Notes: generated by a model from the letters alone, not told the origin. 64,000 bases of DNA from Candidatus Gallispira edinburgensis (GCA_904395805.1 CAJFNV010000009.1:14111-78110); one strand, 5' to 3'; counted from the stretch's first letter, positions 9,646 to 19,460 are shown. Numbers and translations are program-made.

Positions 9646-11430
9646 TTAAACAGTTAATAAACTCAGCAAAAAATTAACTGCCATACAAATCAAAATTCCC
9701 GTAACTGTAGGTATAATAAAAGCAGCTATCGTCCATTTTACACTCTTTGTCTCTTTCCTGACAGTAAGCAAGGTTGTTGTACACGGAAAATGATTAAGAG
9801 AAAAAAGCATTGTACATACAGCAGTAATATGTGTCCAGCCATGTTCTCTTAAAAGAAGTCCAAGCTCCGATAAGTTTTCAAACTCAATAAGTCCGCTGTT
9901 TCCCGTATAACACATTATTACAATAGGCAGCACAATTTCATTTGCAGGCATACCAAGTATAAAAGCCGTCAGTATATACCCGTCAAGACCCATAAGCCTT
10001 GCAAAAGGATCAAGAAAACCTGCAATATGTGCAATAAGACTTATATCTCCTATTGTTATATTCTGCATAAGCCATATGAGAGCACCTGCAGGAGCAGCCA
10101 CAACAACAGCCCTGCCCAGAACATAGAGTATCCTTTCTCTTACAGACCTTTCTATAATACTCTTAAGCTGCGGTCGTCTGTACGGAGGCATCTCCAGTAT
10201 AAAAGAAGACTGCTCACCCTTCAGTATTGTTTTGCTTAAAATAAGAGAAATAATAAGTGTTATTACAACACCGCTCATTATTGCGGCAACAACAGTTAAT
10301 GTTACCTTAACACTGCTGAAAACTCCTCCTGCAATAAAAACAGATGCAAGCATTATAAGTCCTGCAAATCTTCCGTTACATGGAACAAAGTTGTTTGTAA
10401 GTATTGCAATAAGCCTTTCCTTTTTTGACTCGATTATTCTTGTTGATACAACACCCACTGCATTGCAGCCAAAGCCCATACACATTGTAAGAACCATTTT
10501 GCTGTGTGCATTCACTTTTTTAAAAAGCTTGTCGGCATTAAATGCAATTCTGGGCAGATACCCCAGATCCTCCAGAATTGTAAAAAGTGGGAAAAATATA
10601 GCCATAGGCGGAAGCATAACAGCCACGACCCAGCTCAGTGTTCTGAAAACACCTTCTATAAGAACACCTTTTACAAACCAGCCATTGTCACCGAATATAT
10701 CCAGCAAATAACCTTCAATATTACTGAAAACAGAGCTTAAAAAGGCAGAAGGATAATTCGTTCCCACAATTGTAAGCCAGAGTATCAGACATAGGAGAAA
10801 CAGCATAACAGGTATTCCCCACATTCTGCCAGTAACAATTCTGTCAATTTTTCTGTCCCTGTTATTAAAAATACTGCAGTTGTTTTCAACACAGTTTTCA
10901 TATATATATTCAACACTGCACTGACACTGCTGACAGCTGCTGTCGTGAGAATGTATTTCCTCTTTCAGTTTATCAAGACCTTCCCCCTGTCTTGCAGCTG
11001 CAGCCACAACTGGAAGATTTAAAAGCTCACTTAATTTTTCCGTATCTACCTTGATTCCCTTTTTCTTCGCCTCATCCAATAAATTTACACATACTATAAC
11101 ATTGCAGCACAAACATGAAAGCTCAAGAGCAAGTATGAGATTTCTTTCAAGACAGGTCGCATCCAGAACTATTACAACAATATCCGCAAGTCCCGATTTT
11201 ATGCATTCCATAGCGCATTTTTCATCGGCAGAAACGGGATTTGTAGAGTATATTCCGGGAAGATCAATAATTTCATATACCGTTCCCTTATACTCCATAG
11301 TCCCCGCTGCATTTCCCACGGTTTTTCCCGACCAGTTGCCCGTATGCTGATGACTGCCTGTCAGTGCATTAAATATAGTGCTTTTTCCTGTATTGGGATT
11401 ACCTACAAGTACAACAACTTTGTCATACAT
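9646..11430 (-). CDS. feoB: Ferrous iron transporter B
   Basis: N-terminal G domain GNPNTGKST..DLPG, then a polytopic membrane domain, 594 aa. Confidence 0.95.
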   Translation of the reverse strand: MYDKVVVLVGNPNTGKSTIFNALTGSHQHTGNWSGKTVGNAAGTMEYKGTVYEIIDLPGIYSTNPVSADEKCAMECIKSGLADIVVIVLDATCLERNLILALELSCLCCNVIVCVNLLDEAKKKGIKVDTEKLSELLNLPVVAAAARQGEGLDKLKEEIHSHDSSCQQCQCSVEYIYENCVENNCSIFNNRDRKIDRIVTGRMWGIPVMLFLLCLILWLTIVGTNYPSAFLSSVFSNIEGYLLDIFGDNGWFVKGVLIEGVFRTLSWVVAVMLPPMAIFFPLFTILEDLGYLPRIAFNADKLFKKVNAHSKMVLTMCMGFGCNAVGVVSTRIIESKKERLIAILTNNFVPCNGRFAGLIMLASVFIAGGVFSSVKVTLTVVAAIMSGVVITLIISLILSKTILKGEQSSFILEMPPYRRPQLKSIIERSVRERILYVLGRAVVVAAPAGALIWLMQNITIGDISLIAHIAGFLDPFARLMGLDGYILTAFILGMPANEIVLPIVIMCYTGNSGLIEFENLSELGLLLREHGWTHITAVCTMLFSLNHFPCTTTLLTVRKETKSVKWTIAAFIIPTVTGILICMAVNFLLSLLTV

Positions 11431-11665
11431 AATAGTCCTCCCTTACAACTATATTCCTGCTCTCTTCTTTCCTGAGAGCTATTACCGCACCCTTAATGTA
11501 ATAAGCACAGGCACTTCCTCCCATATTTTCATGGAGAACAGCCACTTTTGAGCCTTCTGTAAAGCCCAGTTCCTTAAGCCTGCTTTCAGAGGGACAAGGC
11601 TCTATTTTAAAAATTCTGCCTGAACTGCCAACAGGCAAATCAGACAGAAATACATTTTCACTCAT
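11423..11665 (-). CDS. feoA: Ferrous iron transport protein A
   Basis: FeoA-like LSDLPVGSSGRIFKI..RLKELGFTEGSKV. ATG 11665 is preferred over the 11680 start in the track, and the gene overlaps the feoB start. Confidence 0.85.
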   Translation of the reverse strand: MSENVFLSDLPVGSSGRIFKIEPCPSESRLKELGFTEGSKVAVLHENMGGSACAYYIKGAVIALRKEESRNIVVREDYYV

Positions 11666-11676
11666 TATATTACACC

Positions 11677-11715
11677 TCACCCGGCTCTATATTTTATAAT
11701 ATAAAGCCGGGTGAG
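11677..11715 (-). terminator. Stem-loop (11-bp GC-rich stem ctcacccggct/agccgggtgag) between the flavoprotein gene and feoA
   Basis: Perfect inverted repeat with an AT-rich 17-nt loop. On the minus strand its 3' arm runs into the feoA SD (GGTGAGGTG). Confidence 0.5.
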
Positions 11716-11727
11716 ATTTTGTTACAT

Positions 11728-12351
11728 TTATCTTATAAAATTAGTCTTTATCTTAGCTTCCTTTTCAGGCATAGGAACACCTGCAGCCTTTCCTGCCTCA
11801 ATACATTTTAACATCCACGCCATATTTCTTCCCAGACCTCTCATTATCTGCATACCCTCTTTATCCTGCATAACTTCCTCGGGGGTGTTACCGTGAGCCA
11901 TATTCCAATAATTTGAAGATACAACAGGCATATTGTTAATTGTAAAATATTTATTTAACTGCTCAAATGTTGCAGTTGCTCCGCCCCTTCTGCATGTACA
12001 GACAGCACAGCCGGGCTTATATGCCATATATCCTCCCTGTGAATAAAAAAGTCTGTCAAGAAAAGCAGTTATATCACCGCTTGCAGCAGCATAGTGAACA
12101 GGAGAGCCGAATACATATCCATCAGCCTCTTTGACTTTATCAACAACAGAATTGAGTATATCCTTATCATTTATACATTTGCCGTTCTTGGCACAATATC
12201 CGCAGCCAAGACAGCCTGCACTTACATGTCCGCCAACGTGTATGATCTCAGCCTCAACTCCGTTTTCCTCAAGAGTTTTTGCTATTTCGCTAAGTACAGT
12301 ATATGTACAGCCTTTAGCCTTCGGACTTCCGTTAAATAATAAAACCTTCAT
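11728..12351 (-). CDS. Flavodoxin-fold NAD(P)H-dependent FMN reductase / iron-sulfur flavoprotein-like protein
   Basis: MKVLLFNGSPKAKGCT..CLGCGYCAKNGKC..GYVFGSPVHYAAASG. Confidence 0.75.
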   Translation of the reverse strand: MKVLLFNGSPKAKGCTYTVLSEIAKTLEENGVEAEIIHVGGHVSAGCLGCGYCAKNGKCINDKDILNSVVDKVKEADGYVFGSPVHYAAASGDITAFLDRLFYSQGGYMAYKPGCAVCTCRRGGATATFEQLNKYFTINNMPVVSSNYWNMAHGNTPEEVMQDKEGMQIMRGLGRNMAWMLKCIEAGKAAGVPMPEKEAKIKTNFIR

Positions 12352-12387
12352 ATAATAACCTCCATTTATAAATATATTAATTAATAA

Positions 12388-12765
12388 TCACTTACCATTT
12401 GCTTTATTCTGGAATTTTTCATTATTCACAATAAATCTTTCATGAACGCCCTCACCTATTTTTTCACGCTCATCAAAAACTTCAATTTTAAATGTAAGCT
12501 TCCTTCCCTCAATTGAAGTCAGCTCACTTTTTGCAGTAATCTCCATTCCAACAGGTGTAGCAGCCATATGCTTTACATTCATAAGGGTTCCCACAGTCCC
12601 CTGACCTTCTTCAAGATAAGGCTCAACACTTTTGTAAGCAGCCTGTTCTGCAAGAGCGATCATAGCAGGCGTTGCATATACCATAAGACCGCCGCTTTTC
12701 ATTTTTAAGGCAGTGTTGTTTTCATTTACAGTTTCTCTTGCCTCTCCCATTATTCCTGTATTCAT
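12388..12765 (-). CDS. Hotdog-fold thioesterase family protein
   Basis: Thioesterase-superfamily-like ATPAMIALAEQAAYK..GTLMNVKHMAATPVG. ATG 12765 has an AAGGAGG SD with 8-nt spacing. Confidence 0.65.
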   Translation of the reverse strand: MNTGIMGEARETVNENNTALKMKSGGLMVYATPAMIALAEQAAYKSVEPYLEEGQGTVGTLMNVKHMAATPVGMEITAKSELTSIEGRKLTFKIEVFDEREKIGEGVHERFIVNNEKFQNKANGK

Positions 12766-12791
12766 ATACATACCCTCCTTAATTCGGAATA

Positions 12792-13058
12792 TCAATCTTC
12801 TGAAACCTTTTCTATTTTAAACACATTTATAGTATCGACATCAGGACAACAGAATACAGCTGTCCCTTCTTCATTCCCCGGAATATTTCCTCCGTATCTT
12901 AATATATCAATATATGGGAAAGCCACATGCATAGCCATGGGACATATTTCTCCCCTCTGTGTGTCAAAGTCAAAACAGTCACCTACTTTATGCCCTCTGT
13001 GACATCCCTGTTTTCCTATTCTGTCTGTAACAGTTATTTTTATTTTCGGTTTTTTCAT
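12792..13058 (-). CDS. TIGR04076-family small Cys/His-rich protein
   Basis: 88 aa, KIKITV..GKQGCHRGHKVGDCFDFD..ICPMAMH..FCCPD pattern. Confidence 0.7.
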   Translation of the reverse strand: MKKPKIKITVTDRIGKQGCHRGHKVGDCFDFDTQRGEICPMAMHVAFPYIDILRYGGNIPGNEEGTAVFCCPDVDTINVFKIEKVSED

Positions 13059-13171
13059 TTTATACCTCAGCTCTTAATAAAAATTTATATCCATAACCGA
13101 ATTATAACACATTTATCTCTTTATTTCAATCAGTTAAACTATCCACATAATTATATACCATTAAAGCAAAA

Positions 13172-13205
13172 GCTGCTCTCTATTACTGCAGTAATAAAGA
13201 ACAGC
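13172..13205 (-). terminator. Terminator downstream of putP
   Basis: Long palindrome centred on ctgcag (gctgctctctattactg/cagtaataaagaacagc, two G.U) followed by TTTTGCTTT on the minus strand. Confidence 0.65.
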
Positions 13206-13212
13206 CTGTAAT

Positions 13213-14781
13213 TTAATCTGTATAATTTTTTGCTCTTTCAAACTCATCATATATCTCTTTACTTGGTTCCTTTGTAGCAAGAGATACGATTATTATAGCA
13301 AGTGATGAAAGTATAAATGCAGGCAGAAGCTCATATATAGCAAATACTCCGCCAAGCTTACTTATACCAAGATTCCATACAAATACCATTATACCGCCTG
13401 TAAGCATACCGGCAACAGCACCGGCTCTTGTTGTTCTCTTCCAGAAGAGAGAGAAAAGCATAAGAGGTCCGAAAGTAGCACCAAAGCCTGCCCATGCAAA
13501 TGAAACAAGATTGAATATAACGCTTTCTTCATCCCATGCAATAATTATACCAATCAATGATATAAGCAGAAGCACAACTCTTGAAACATGCATAACAAGC
13601 TTGTCATCTGCATCCTTTTTAATAATTCCTTCAAAAATATTTTTTGAAAAAGCTGATGCAGCAATAAGAAGATATGAATCAGAAGAACTTATAGTTGCAG
13701 CAAGTATACCTGCCATAACTATACCTGCAAAAACAGGATGAAGCATACTCTGAGCCATAACTACAAATACATTTTCACTAAGGCTCTTTGTTGCAAGCTC
13801 ATCTGTAAAAGGATAAAGGCTTCTTCCGATCAAACCAATAAATACAGCTGTCGCAAGAGATATAACAACCCATACTGTTGCAATTCTTCTTGACTTTTTA
13901 AGCTCATCAACCTTTCTTATAGCCATAAATCTTAAAAGCACCTGAGGTACACCAAAATAACCAAGTCCCCATGAAATCATTGAAAGTATTGTTATAATTC
14001 CATATTTTGAAGCTTCACCAAACTGAGGAACTCCGTTTACAGCCTGCTGTACACCTTCACTATTAAGTTCCGGTGTTGCAAGAGAAGTAAGGGAAAAGTA
14101 TCCCGGAATTTCCTTAGCATTGTCAATGACCGCACCAATGCCTCCTGCATTTATTACACCAAGGGAAACAACTATTACAAGTGCACAGAACATTACAACA
14201 CCCTGCATAAAGTCAGATGCACTTTCAGCAAGGAAACCGCCTATAACAGTATATATAACCACAAACAATGCACCTACGATCATCATAGCATGATAATCCG
14301 CATCAAAAAGTGCACTGAAAAGCTTACCACATGTCACAAAACAGCTTGAAGCATAAATTGTAAAGAAAACAAGTATGAACAAAGCTGATATACCAAGTAT
14401 TACCTTTCTTTTTTCATGAAATCTGTTGCTGAAAAAGTCGGGTATTGTTATTGCATCGCCTGAAACAGCAGAATATCTTCTAAGTCGTTTTGCTACAATA
14501 AGCCAGTTTACATATGTACCGACAGCAAGACCTATAGCTGTCCACGCAGCATCTGCAAGACCTGTCCAGTAAGCAAGTCCCGGTAACCCCATAAGGAGCC
14601 AGCCGCTCATATCTGAAGCCTCCGCACTCATAGCTGCAACCCAAGGTCCCAGAGATCTGCCGCCTAAAAAGTAATTTTCACTGTTTGCCTGAGCTCTCTT
14701 TGCAAAAAATAAGCCTATGCCTATAACAACAAGCATATAACCGATCATTGCAAATAAAACCATTAACGTATCGGAATTCAT
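13213..14781 (-). CDS. putP: Sodium:proline symporter (SSS family)
   Basis: 522 aa polytopic, YFLGGRSLGPWVAAMSAEASDMSGWLLMGLPG. Confidence 0.9.
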   Translation of the reverse strand: MNSDTLMVLFAMIGYMLVVIGIGLFFAKRAQANSENYFLGGRSLGPWVAAMSAEASDMSGWLLMGLPGLAYWTGLADAAWTAIGLAVGTYVNWLIVAKRLRRYSAVSGDAITIPDFFSNRFHEKRKVILGISALFILVFFTIYASSCFVTCGKLFSALFDADYHAMMIVGALFVVIYTVIGGFLAESASDFMQGVVMFCALVIVVSLGVINAGGIGAVIDNAKEIPGYFSLTSLATPELNSEGVQQAVNGVPQFGEASKYGIITILSMISWGLGYFGVPQVLLRFMAIRKVDELKKSRRIATVWVVISLATAVFIGLIGRSLYPFTDELATKSLSENVFVVMAQSMLHPVFAGIVMAGILAATISSSDSYLLIAASAFSKNIFEGIIKKDADDKLVMHVSRVVLLLISLIGIIIAWDEESVIFNLVSFAWAGFGATFGPLMLFSLFWKRTTRAGAVAGMLTGGIMVFVWNLGISKLGGVFAIYELLPAFILSSLAIIIVSLATKEPSKEIYDEFERAKNYTD

Positions 14782-14940
14782 TTTATACCTCCTGTTAAAT
14801 ATATTTATTGGAATTTCATCCGACCTTCTAATTTATCTTAATTTTGATAAAAATTAGAATATTTTAATGATTATATCATAATTTCGTAAGAATTGCAATT
14901 AAATACGCAAATTTTGTATAAAATTCATAAAATTCATGTA

Positions 14941-14971
14941 AAGCCCCTGTGCAAATACAGCACAGGGGCTT
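14941..14971 (-). terminator. Terminator downstream of xylB
   Basis: 12-bp stem aagcccctgtgc/gcacaggggctt. Confidence 0.65.
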
Positions 14972-14975
14972 TGTA

Positions 14976-16421
14976 TCATAAAATATTTTTAATGGCAGGA
15001 TAAAATTTTAAAAACTGTCTGTATTTTTCTTCATACTTCTTTACAATATTTATGTCAGGCTTTATAACAGCAGTAATTTTCATTTCTGATAAAAATCTGT
15101 TATATTCTTCTTCACTGCATCCTCTTACTGCAAGAAGTGCAGCTCCATATGAAGCACCCTCCTGATTTTCAGGTACTTCAAGTTCAATGTTAAGAACATT
15201 TGCGATTATTTCAAGCCAGAGCCTGTTTTTTGTTCCTCCGCCGCATATCCTGCTTTTCTTAATGTCAATACCCATAGATTTTATAATATCTATGTTCTGT
15301 CTTAAGGCAAAGGCAACACCTTCAAGTATAGCGACAGACATATCCTGTCTTGTTGTCGACATACTCATACCGTAAAACATACCTCTTATTTCAGAATCGT
15401 TAAGAGGTGACCTTTCTCCCATTAAATATGGCAGAAAGAACACGTTATTTTCACCTGATCTGCTGTAATTTTTATACTCATTCTCATAGTCATCGGTTCC
15501 TATAATATTTTCAAGCCACCATTTATTACAGCTTGCGGCAGAAAGCATACATGCCATATAGTGATATTTTCCATTTGAATGGCAGAAGTTGTGTATAGCA
15601 TTTTCATAGTCAGCTTTATATCTGTCACTTGCTACAAAAACCGTTCCCGAAGTTCCAAGAGAAATATTACAGTCGCCGTTTTTTACAGTTCCCGTGCCTA
15701 TTGCTGAAGCCGCATTATCTCCTGCTCCCGCAGCAACTTTGACATCACCGAAACCAAGGTCATCTGCTATATCCTTCTTTATACTTCCCACAACATCATA
15801 ACTTTCATAAAGCTTGGGTAACTGTCCCTTCTTTATGCCTGTGATTTCAAGCATTTCCTCTGACCAGCACCTGTGCTCCACATCAAGAAGGAGCATACCT
15901 GATGCATCCGATACATCTGTACAGTGATTTCCCGTAAGCCTGTAGGCTATATAATCCTTAGGCAGCATTATTTTTGATATTCTGCTGAAATTCTCAGGTT
16001 CATTATCTCTTACCCACATTATTTTAGGTGCAGTAAATCCTGCAAAAGCAATATTTCCCGTTAAGTCAACAAGTCGTTTTTTGCCTGTTACATCGTTAAG
16101 ATAGTCTGTTTCCTTCTGTGTCCTTGTATCATTCCACAGTATTGCAGGTCTTATGACATTGTCATTTTCATCAAGTATAACAAGTCCGTGCATCTGTCCG
16201 CCAAAGCTTAAAGCCTTTACCTGTGACTTGTCTATGTCCTTTGTCAGTTCCTTTATCCCTTCAATTGTTTCATTCCACCAGTCCTCAGGATCTTGCTCCG
16301 ACCATCCCTGTTTTTTGTAATACACAGGATATTCTCTTGTTACTATATTGCAGATACCCTCATCTCCCAAAAGCAAAAGCTTTACTGAAGATGTTCCCAA
16401 ATCTATACCTATATAATACAT
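14976..16421 (-). CDS. xylB: Xylulokinase
   Basis: FGGY kinase, YYIGIDLGTSSVK..GGQMHGLV..GAGDNAASAIGTG, downstream of xylA. Confidence 0.9.
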   Translation of the reverse strand: MYYIGIDLGTSSVKLLLLGDEGICNIVTREYPVYYKKQGWSEQDPEDWWNETIEGIKELTKDIDKSQVKALSFGGQMHGLVILDENDNVIRPAILWNDTRTQKETDYLNDVTGKKRLVDLTGNIAFAGFTAPKIMWVRDNEPENFSRISKIMLPKDYIAYRLTGNHCTDVSDASGMLLLDVEHRCWSEEMLEITGIKKGQLPKLYESYDVVGSIKKDIADDLGFGDVKVAAGAGDNAASAIGTGTVKNGDCNISLGTSGTVFVASDRYKADYENAIHNFCHSNGKYHYMACMLSAASCNKWWLENIIGTDDYENEYKNYSRSGENNVFFLPYLMGERSPLNDSEIRGMFYGMSMSTTRQDMSVAILEGVAFALRQNIDIIKSMGIDIKKSRICGGGTKNRLWLEIIANVLNIELEVPENQEGASYGAALLAVRGCSEEEYNRFLSEMKITAVIKPDINIVKKYEEKYRQFLKFYPAIKNIL

Positions 16422-16430
16422 AGCTTCACC

Positions 16431-17744
16431 TTAGCTGTTATAAATATACTGATTTAAAATGCTTTCAAGCATCTCCTGTCTGCCTGATTCGTTAGGAGTA
16501 ACACCATTTTCAAGAGCATACTTTTCAAGTCCCTCAAAGTCAATGGTACCATTTTCAATGCTTGCTCCAAGGTCTGTTTTCCAGCTTGCATATTTCTTAT
16601 CAATAAAATCAATAAATACCTTATCTTCAATAAGCTTTGCTGCCACTCTCAGGCCCCATGCAAATGTATCCATACCTGCAATATGTGCATAGAACAGATC
16701 TGTTTCATCAATTGAGCCTCTTCTCACTTTGGCATCAAAGTTAAGGCCCCCTGTTCCCAGACCGCCGTTTTGAAGAATTTCATACATTGCAAGAGTTGTG
16801 TCATATATATTTGTAGGGAACTGGTCTGTATCCCAGCCAAGAAGATAGTCACCCATATTTGCATCAACACTTCCAAGCATACCGTTTATTCTGCACATAT
16901 TAAGCTCATGCTGGAAAGTATGCTGTGCAAGAGTTGCATGGTTAGCCTCTATGTTAAGCTTATATTCATTTTCAAGCCCGTACTTTCTTAAAAAGCCCAT
17001 AACAGTAGCTGCATCAAAGTCATACTGGTGCTTTGTAGGTTCCTTTGGCTTAGGCTCAATTAACAAAGTACCCTTAAAACCGATTTTCTTTTTATAATCC
17101 ACAGCCATTTTAAGAAGAATTGCAAGGTGATTTAATTCAGCCTCAGTATCTGTATTAAGAAGAGTTTCATAACCCTCTCTTCCTCCCCAGAATACATAAT
17201 TTTCGCCCCCAAGCTCCATTGTTATGTCCATAGCCTTCTTTATCTGTGCCGCTGTATATGCAAAAACAGTACTGTTACATGATGTTGATGCACCGTGAGC
17301 AAACTTAGCATCGCCAAAGGCATTTGTTGTGCCCCAGAGACACTTTATACCTGTTCTTGCCATTTCTGATTTAATTATTTCAACGATTGTATCAAGATTT
17401 TTGTTTGTTTCTGCAAGAGTTTTTCCTCTTGGGGCAATATCCACATCATGGAAACAGAAATAAGGTATCTGCATTTTTTCCATAAATTCAAAAGCAGCAT
17501 ACACTCTGTTCTTTGCTGTTTCCATTGCATCCTCTGTGTCCCAGTGATGAGATTTGCTTGCTCCGCCAAACTGGTCCGCACCAAGATATGTAAATGTATG
17601 CCAGTAAGCCATTGAAAATTTCAGATGCTCTTTCATTGTCTTACCCATAATTACCTCATTAGGATTATAAAACTTAAATGAGAGTGGATTTTTGCTTTTT
17701 GCACCCTCATAATTAACTTTTTTTACATTGCCGAAATACTCCAT
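16431..17744 (-). CDS. xylA: Xylose isomerase
   Basis: 437 aa, [40 protein letters not shown]. Confidence 0.95.
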   Translation of the reverse strand: MEYFGNVKKVNYEGAKSKNPLSFKFYNPNEVIMGKTMKEHLKFSMAYWHTFTYLGADQFGGASKSHHWDTEDAMETAKNRVYAAFEFMEKMQIPYFCFHDVDIAPRGKTLAETNKNLDTIVEIIKSEMARTGIKCLWGTTNAFGDAKFAHGASTSCNSTVFAYTAAQIKKAMDITMELGGENYVFWGGREGYETLLNTDTEAELNHLAILLKMAVDYKKKIGFKGTLLIEPKPKEPTKHQYDFDAATVMGFLRKYGLENEYKLNIEANHATLAQHTFQHELNMCRINGMLGSVDANMGDYLLGWDTDQFPTNIYDTTLAMYEILQNGGLGTGGLNFDAKVRRGSIDETDLFYAHIAGMDTFAWGLRVAAKLIEDKVFIDFIDKKYASWKTDLGASIENGTIDFEGLEKYALENGVTPNESGRQEMLESILNQYIYNS

Positions 17745-17765
17745 GTTGTTTTCCTCCTGTTAATA

Positions 17766-18809
17766 TTAATTTTTTATTGGTATATTGTATCTTGTTATTA
17801 TTTCAAGATTTATTTCATAATTGCTGCTGTTTATATTTCCGCCGCATATATAGTTTACCATTTCGGATACAGCATTATATCCCTGTTTAAAGGGGTGCTG
17901 ATATATAGTCGCCTTTATTATATCATCTTCAAGATATTTTACTGTCACAGGCAGCACATCGTTTGTTATAGCATAAATTTTCTTACCTGACTTTGAAATT
18001 GCCTCCATAACTCCCTCAATACCGCTTGCTACAACATATATAAAGTCAATATCATTTTGTTTCAGCATTTCAGCTGTCTTTTCATAAGCTGTCACAGAAT
18101 CATCCTCTGTGTAAAAATGGTCTATAATATTTACATTTTCACACAGCCCCGCAACTTCTTTAAAAGCTTCATACCTTTCAATATGACCTTTAATATTTTT
18201 GGAGCCGTGTACAATGCCTACATTAAGCTTTTTGCCGAAAGCATACATATTAAGTACAGCTCCTGCAATTTTTCCGCTTATATTGTAATCACAGCCCACA
18301 TAGTCCACCTTGTTTTTAATATCAATGTCCATATTACAGGTTATCACAGGCATATCAAGGCTTTCCAGTTTATTTTTTATAATTTCGTTATTAATGGGTG
18401 ATATTATAAGTCCGTCAATATTTTTTTTTACTAAATCATCAATTGCCCTTATCTGCTCATCGGACACATAACCCTTAAGCTTTATAAGTTCGATTTCCGT
18501 ACCGAAATTTGAAAGTTCCTTTTCGGCAGCATATATACCCTTCAGAACATCATCAAAAAAGCTGTTTCCCACGCAGTTTAATATAATGCCTATTTTCTTG
18601 TCTTTCTGTTTAACAGCCAGAGCTTTTGCAATAAAATTGGGCTTAAAATCATATTCCTTTATTATTTTGTTTACCTTATCGATATTTTCCTGACTGACAC
18701 CCGGTCTGTTGTGCAAAACCCTGTCTACAGTACCTCTTGATACTCCTGCCAGTGCAGCAATTTCTTTAATTGTTATCCCAATTTTTTCACCCTCTTTCCG
18801 TGCCCGCAC
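17766..18809 (-). CDS. LacI-family transcriptional regulator (likely xyl operon repressor); start codon uncertain
   Basis: ITIKEIAALAGVSRGTVDRVLHN HTH followed by a periplasmic-binding-protein-like domain. The GTG at 18809 lacks an SD. In-frame ATT at 18782 follows GAAAGAGGGTG-5 nt. Confidence 0.85.
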   Translation of the reverse strand: MRARKEGEKIGITIKEIAALAGVSRGTVDRVLHNRPGVSQENIDKVNKIIKEYDFKPNFIAKALAVKQKDKKIGIILNCVGNSFFDDVLKGIYAAEKELSNFGTEIELIKLKGYVSDEQIRAIDDLVKKNIDGLIISPINNEIIKNKLESLDMPVITCNMDIDIKNKVDYVGCDYNISGKIAGAVLNMYAFGKKLNVGIVHGSKNIKGHIERYEAFKEVAGLCENVNIIDHFYTEDDSVTAYEKTAEMLKQNDIDFIYVVASGIEGVMEAISKSGKKIYAITNDVLPVTVKYLEDDIIKATIYQHPFKQGYNAVSEMVNYICGGNINSSNYEINLEIITRYNIPIKN

Positions 18810-18823
18810 ACAGACTTTATTTT

Positions 18824-18852
18824 ATTATAACAAATGACTTTATTTTTGTCAA
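18824..18852 (-). promoter_or_regulatory. Consensus sigma-A promoter (TTGACA-17-TATAAT) for the lacI-xylA-xylB operon
   Basis: Read on the minus strand, both hexamers are perfect: TTGACA at 18852-18847 and TATAAT at 18829-18824. Confidence 0.7.
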
Positions 18853-18896
18853 TTTATATAACATTATTTTCTGTAATTAAATTTTTAAAATAAGTA

Positions 18897-18925
18897 TTGA
18901 CATTTAAGTAAATCGGTATTAAAAT
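18897..18925 (+). promoter_or_regulatory. Sigma-A promoter (TTGACA-17-TAAAAT) for marR-MATE
   Basis: TTGACA at 18897-18902 and TAAAAT at 18920-18925. Confidence 0.65.
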
Positions 18926-18927
18926 AG

Positions 18928-18939
18928 TTAGGAAACTAA
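18928..18939. promoter_or_regulatory. Candidate MarR operator TTAGGAAACTAA (copy 1)
   Basis: Palindromic 12-mer (TTAG-N4-CTAA) immediately downstream of the -10, nested in the larger TAGTTA..TAACTA inverted repeat. An identical 12-mer is at 19425. Confidence 0.45.
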
Positions 18940-18950
18940 ATAACTAGAGG

Positions 18951-19388
18951 GTGTATGAATTGAACAATCTTACAAGAAGTGCAGGACGTTATTTAAGCAA
19001 GCTTTCAAATAAAATACGTCGTCAGCTTGACTCATTTTCATTCAAGGGAGCTTTCAGCGGTGCTCAGGGCAAAGTACTTCATTTTCTTCTTGCACAAAAT
19101 GAAGATGTCTTTCAGAAGGATATTGAAGAAGAATATTCTCTCCGCCCTTCCACAGCAACAGAATTGCTTAAACAAATGGAAAAAAGCGGTCTTATTACAA
19201 GAGAAGCCGTTCCCTATGACAAAAGGCTTAAAAAGATCATACTTACAGAAAAAGCAATAAGCTATAAGGAACAGGTTATTAAAGACCTGACCGACCTTGA
19301 GGAAAAAATCACAAAAGACATTCCAAAGGAAGACCTTGAGACCTGCTTTAATGTTCTTGAAAAAATGCTGGATAATCTTTCCGAATAA
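18951..19388 (+). CDS. MarR-family transcriptional regulator
   Basis: Winged-helix FQKDIEEEYSLRPSTATELLKQMEKSGLITRE..DKRLKKI. The start is GTG 18951 or the in-frame TTG 18960, which has better SD spacing. Confidence 0.85.
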   Translation: MYELNNLTRSAGRYLSKLSNKIRRQLDSFSFKGAFSGAQGKVLHFLLAQNEDVFQKDIEEEYSLRPSTATELLKQMEKSGLITREAVPYDKRLKKIILTEKAISYKEQVIKDLTDLEEKITKDIPKEDLETCFNVLEKMLDNLSE

Positions 19389-19424
19389 GTGAAAAATTAT
19401 CCGGCATTTATCAAGAGCAAATAC

Positions 19425-19436
19425 TTAGGAAACTAA
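19425..19436. promoter_or_regulatory. Candidate MarR operator TTAGGAAACTAA (copy 2)
   Basis: Identical 12-mer, 25 nt upstream of the MATE start codon. Confidence 0.45.
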
Positions 19437-19460
19437 TTTTATAAAGAAAGGATATCTATA

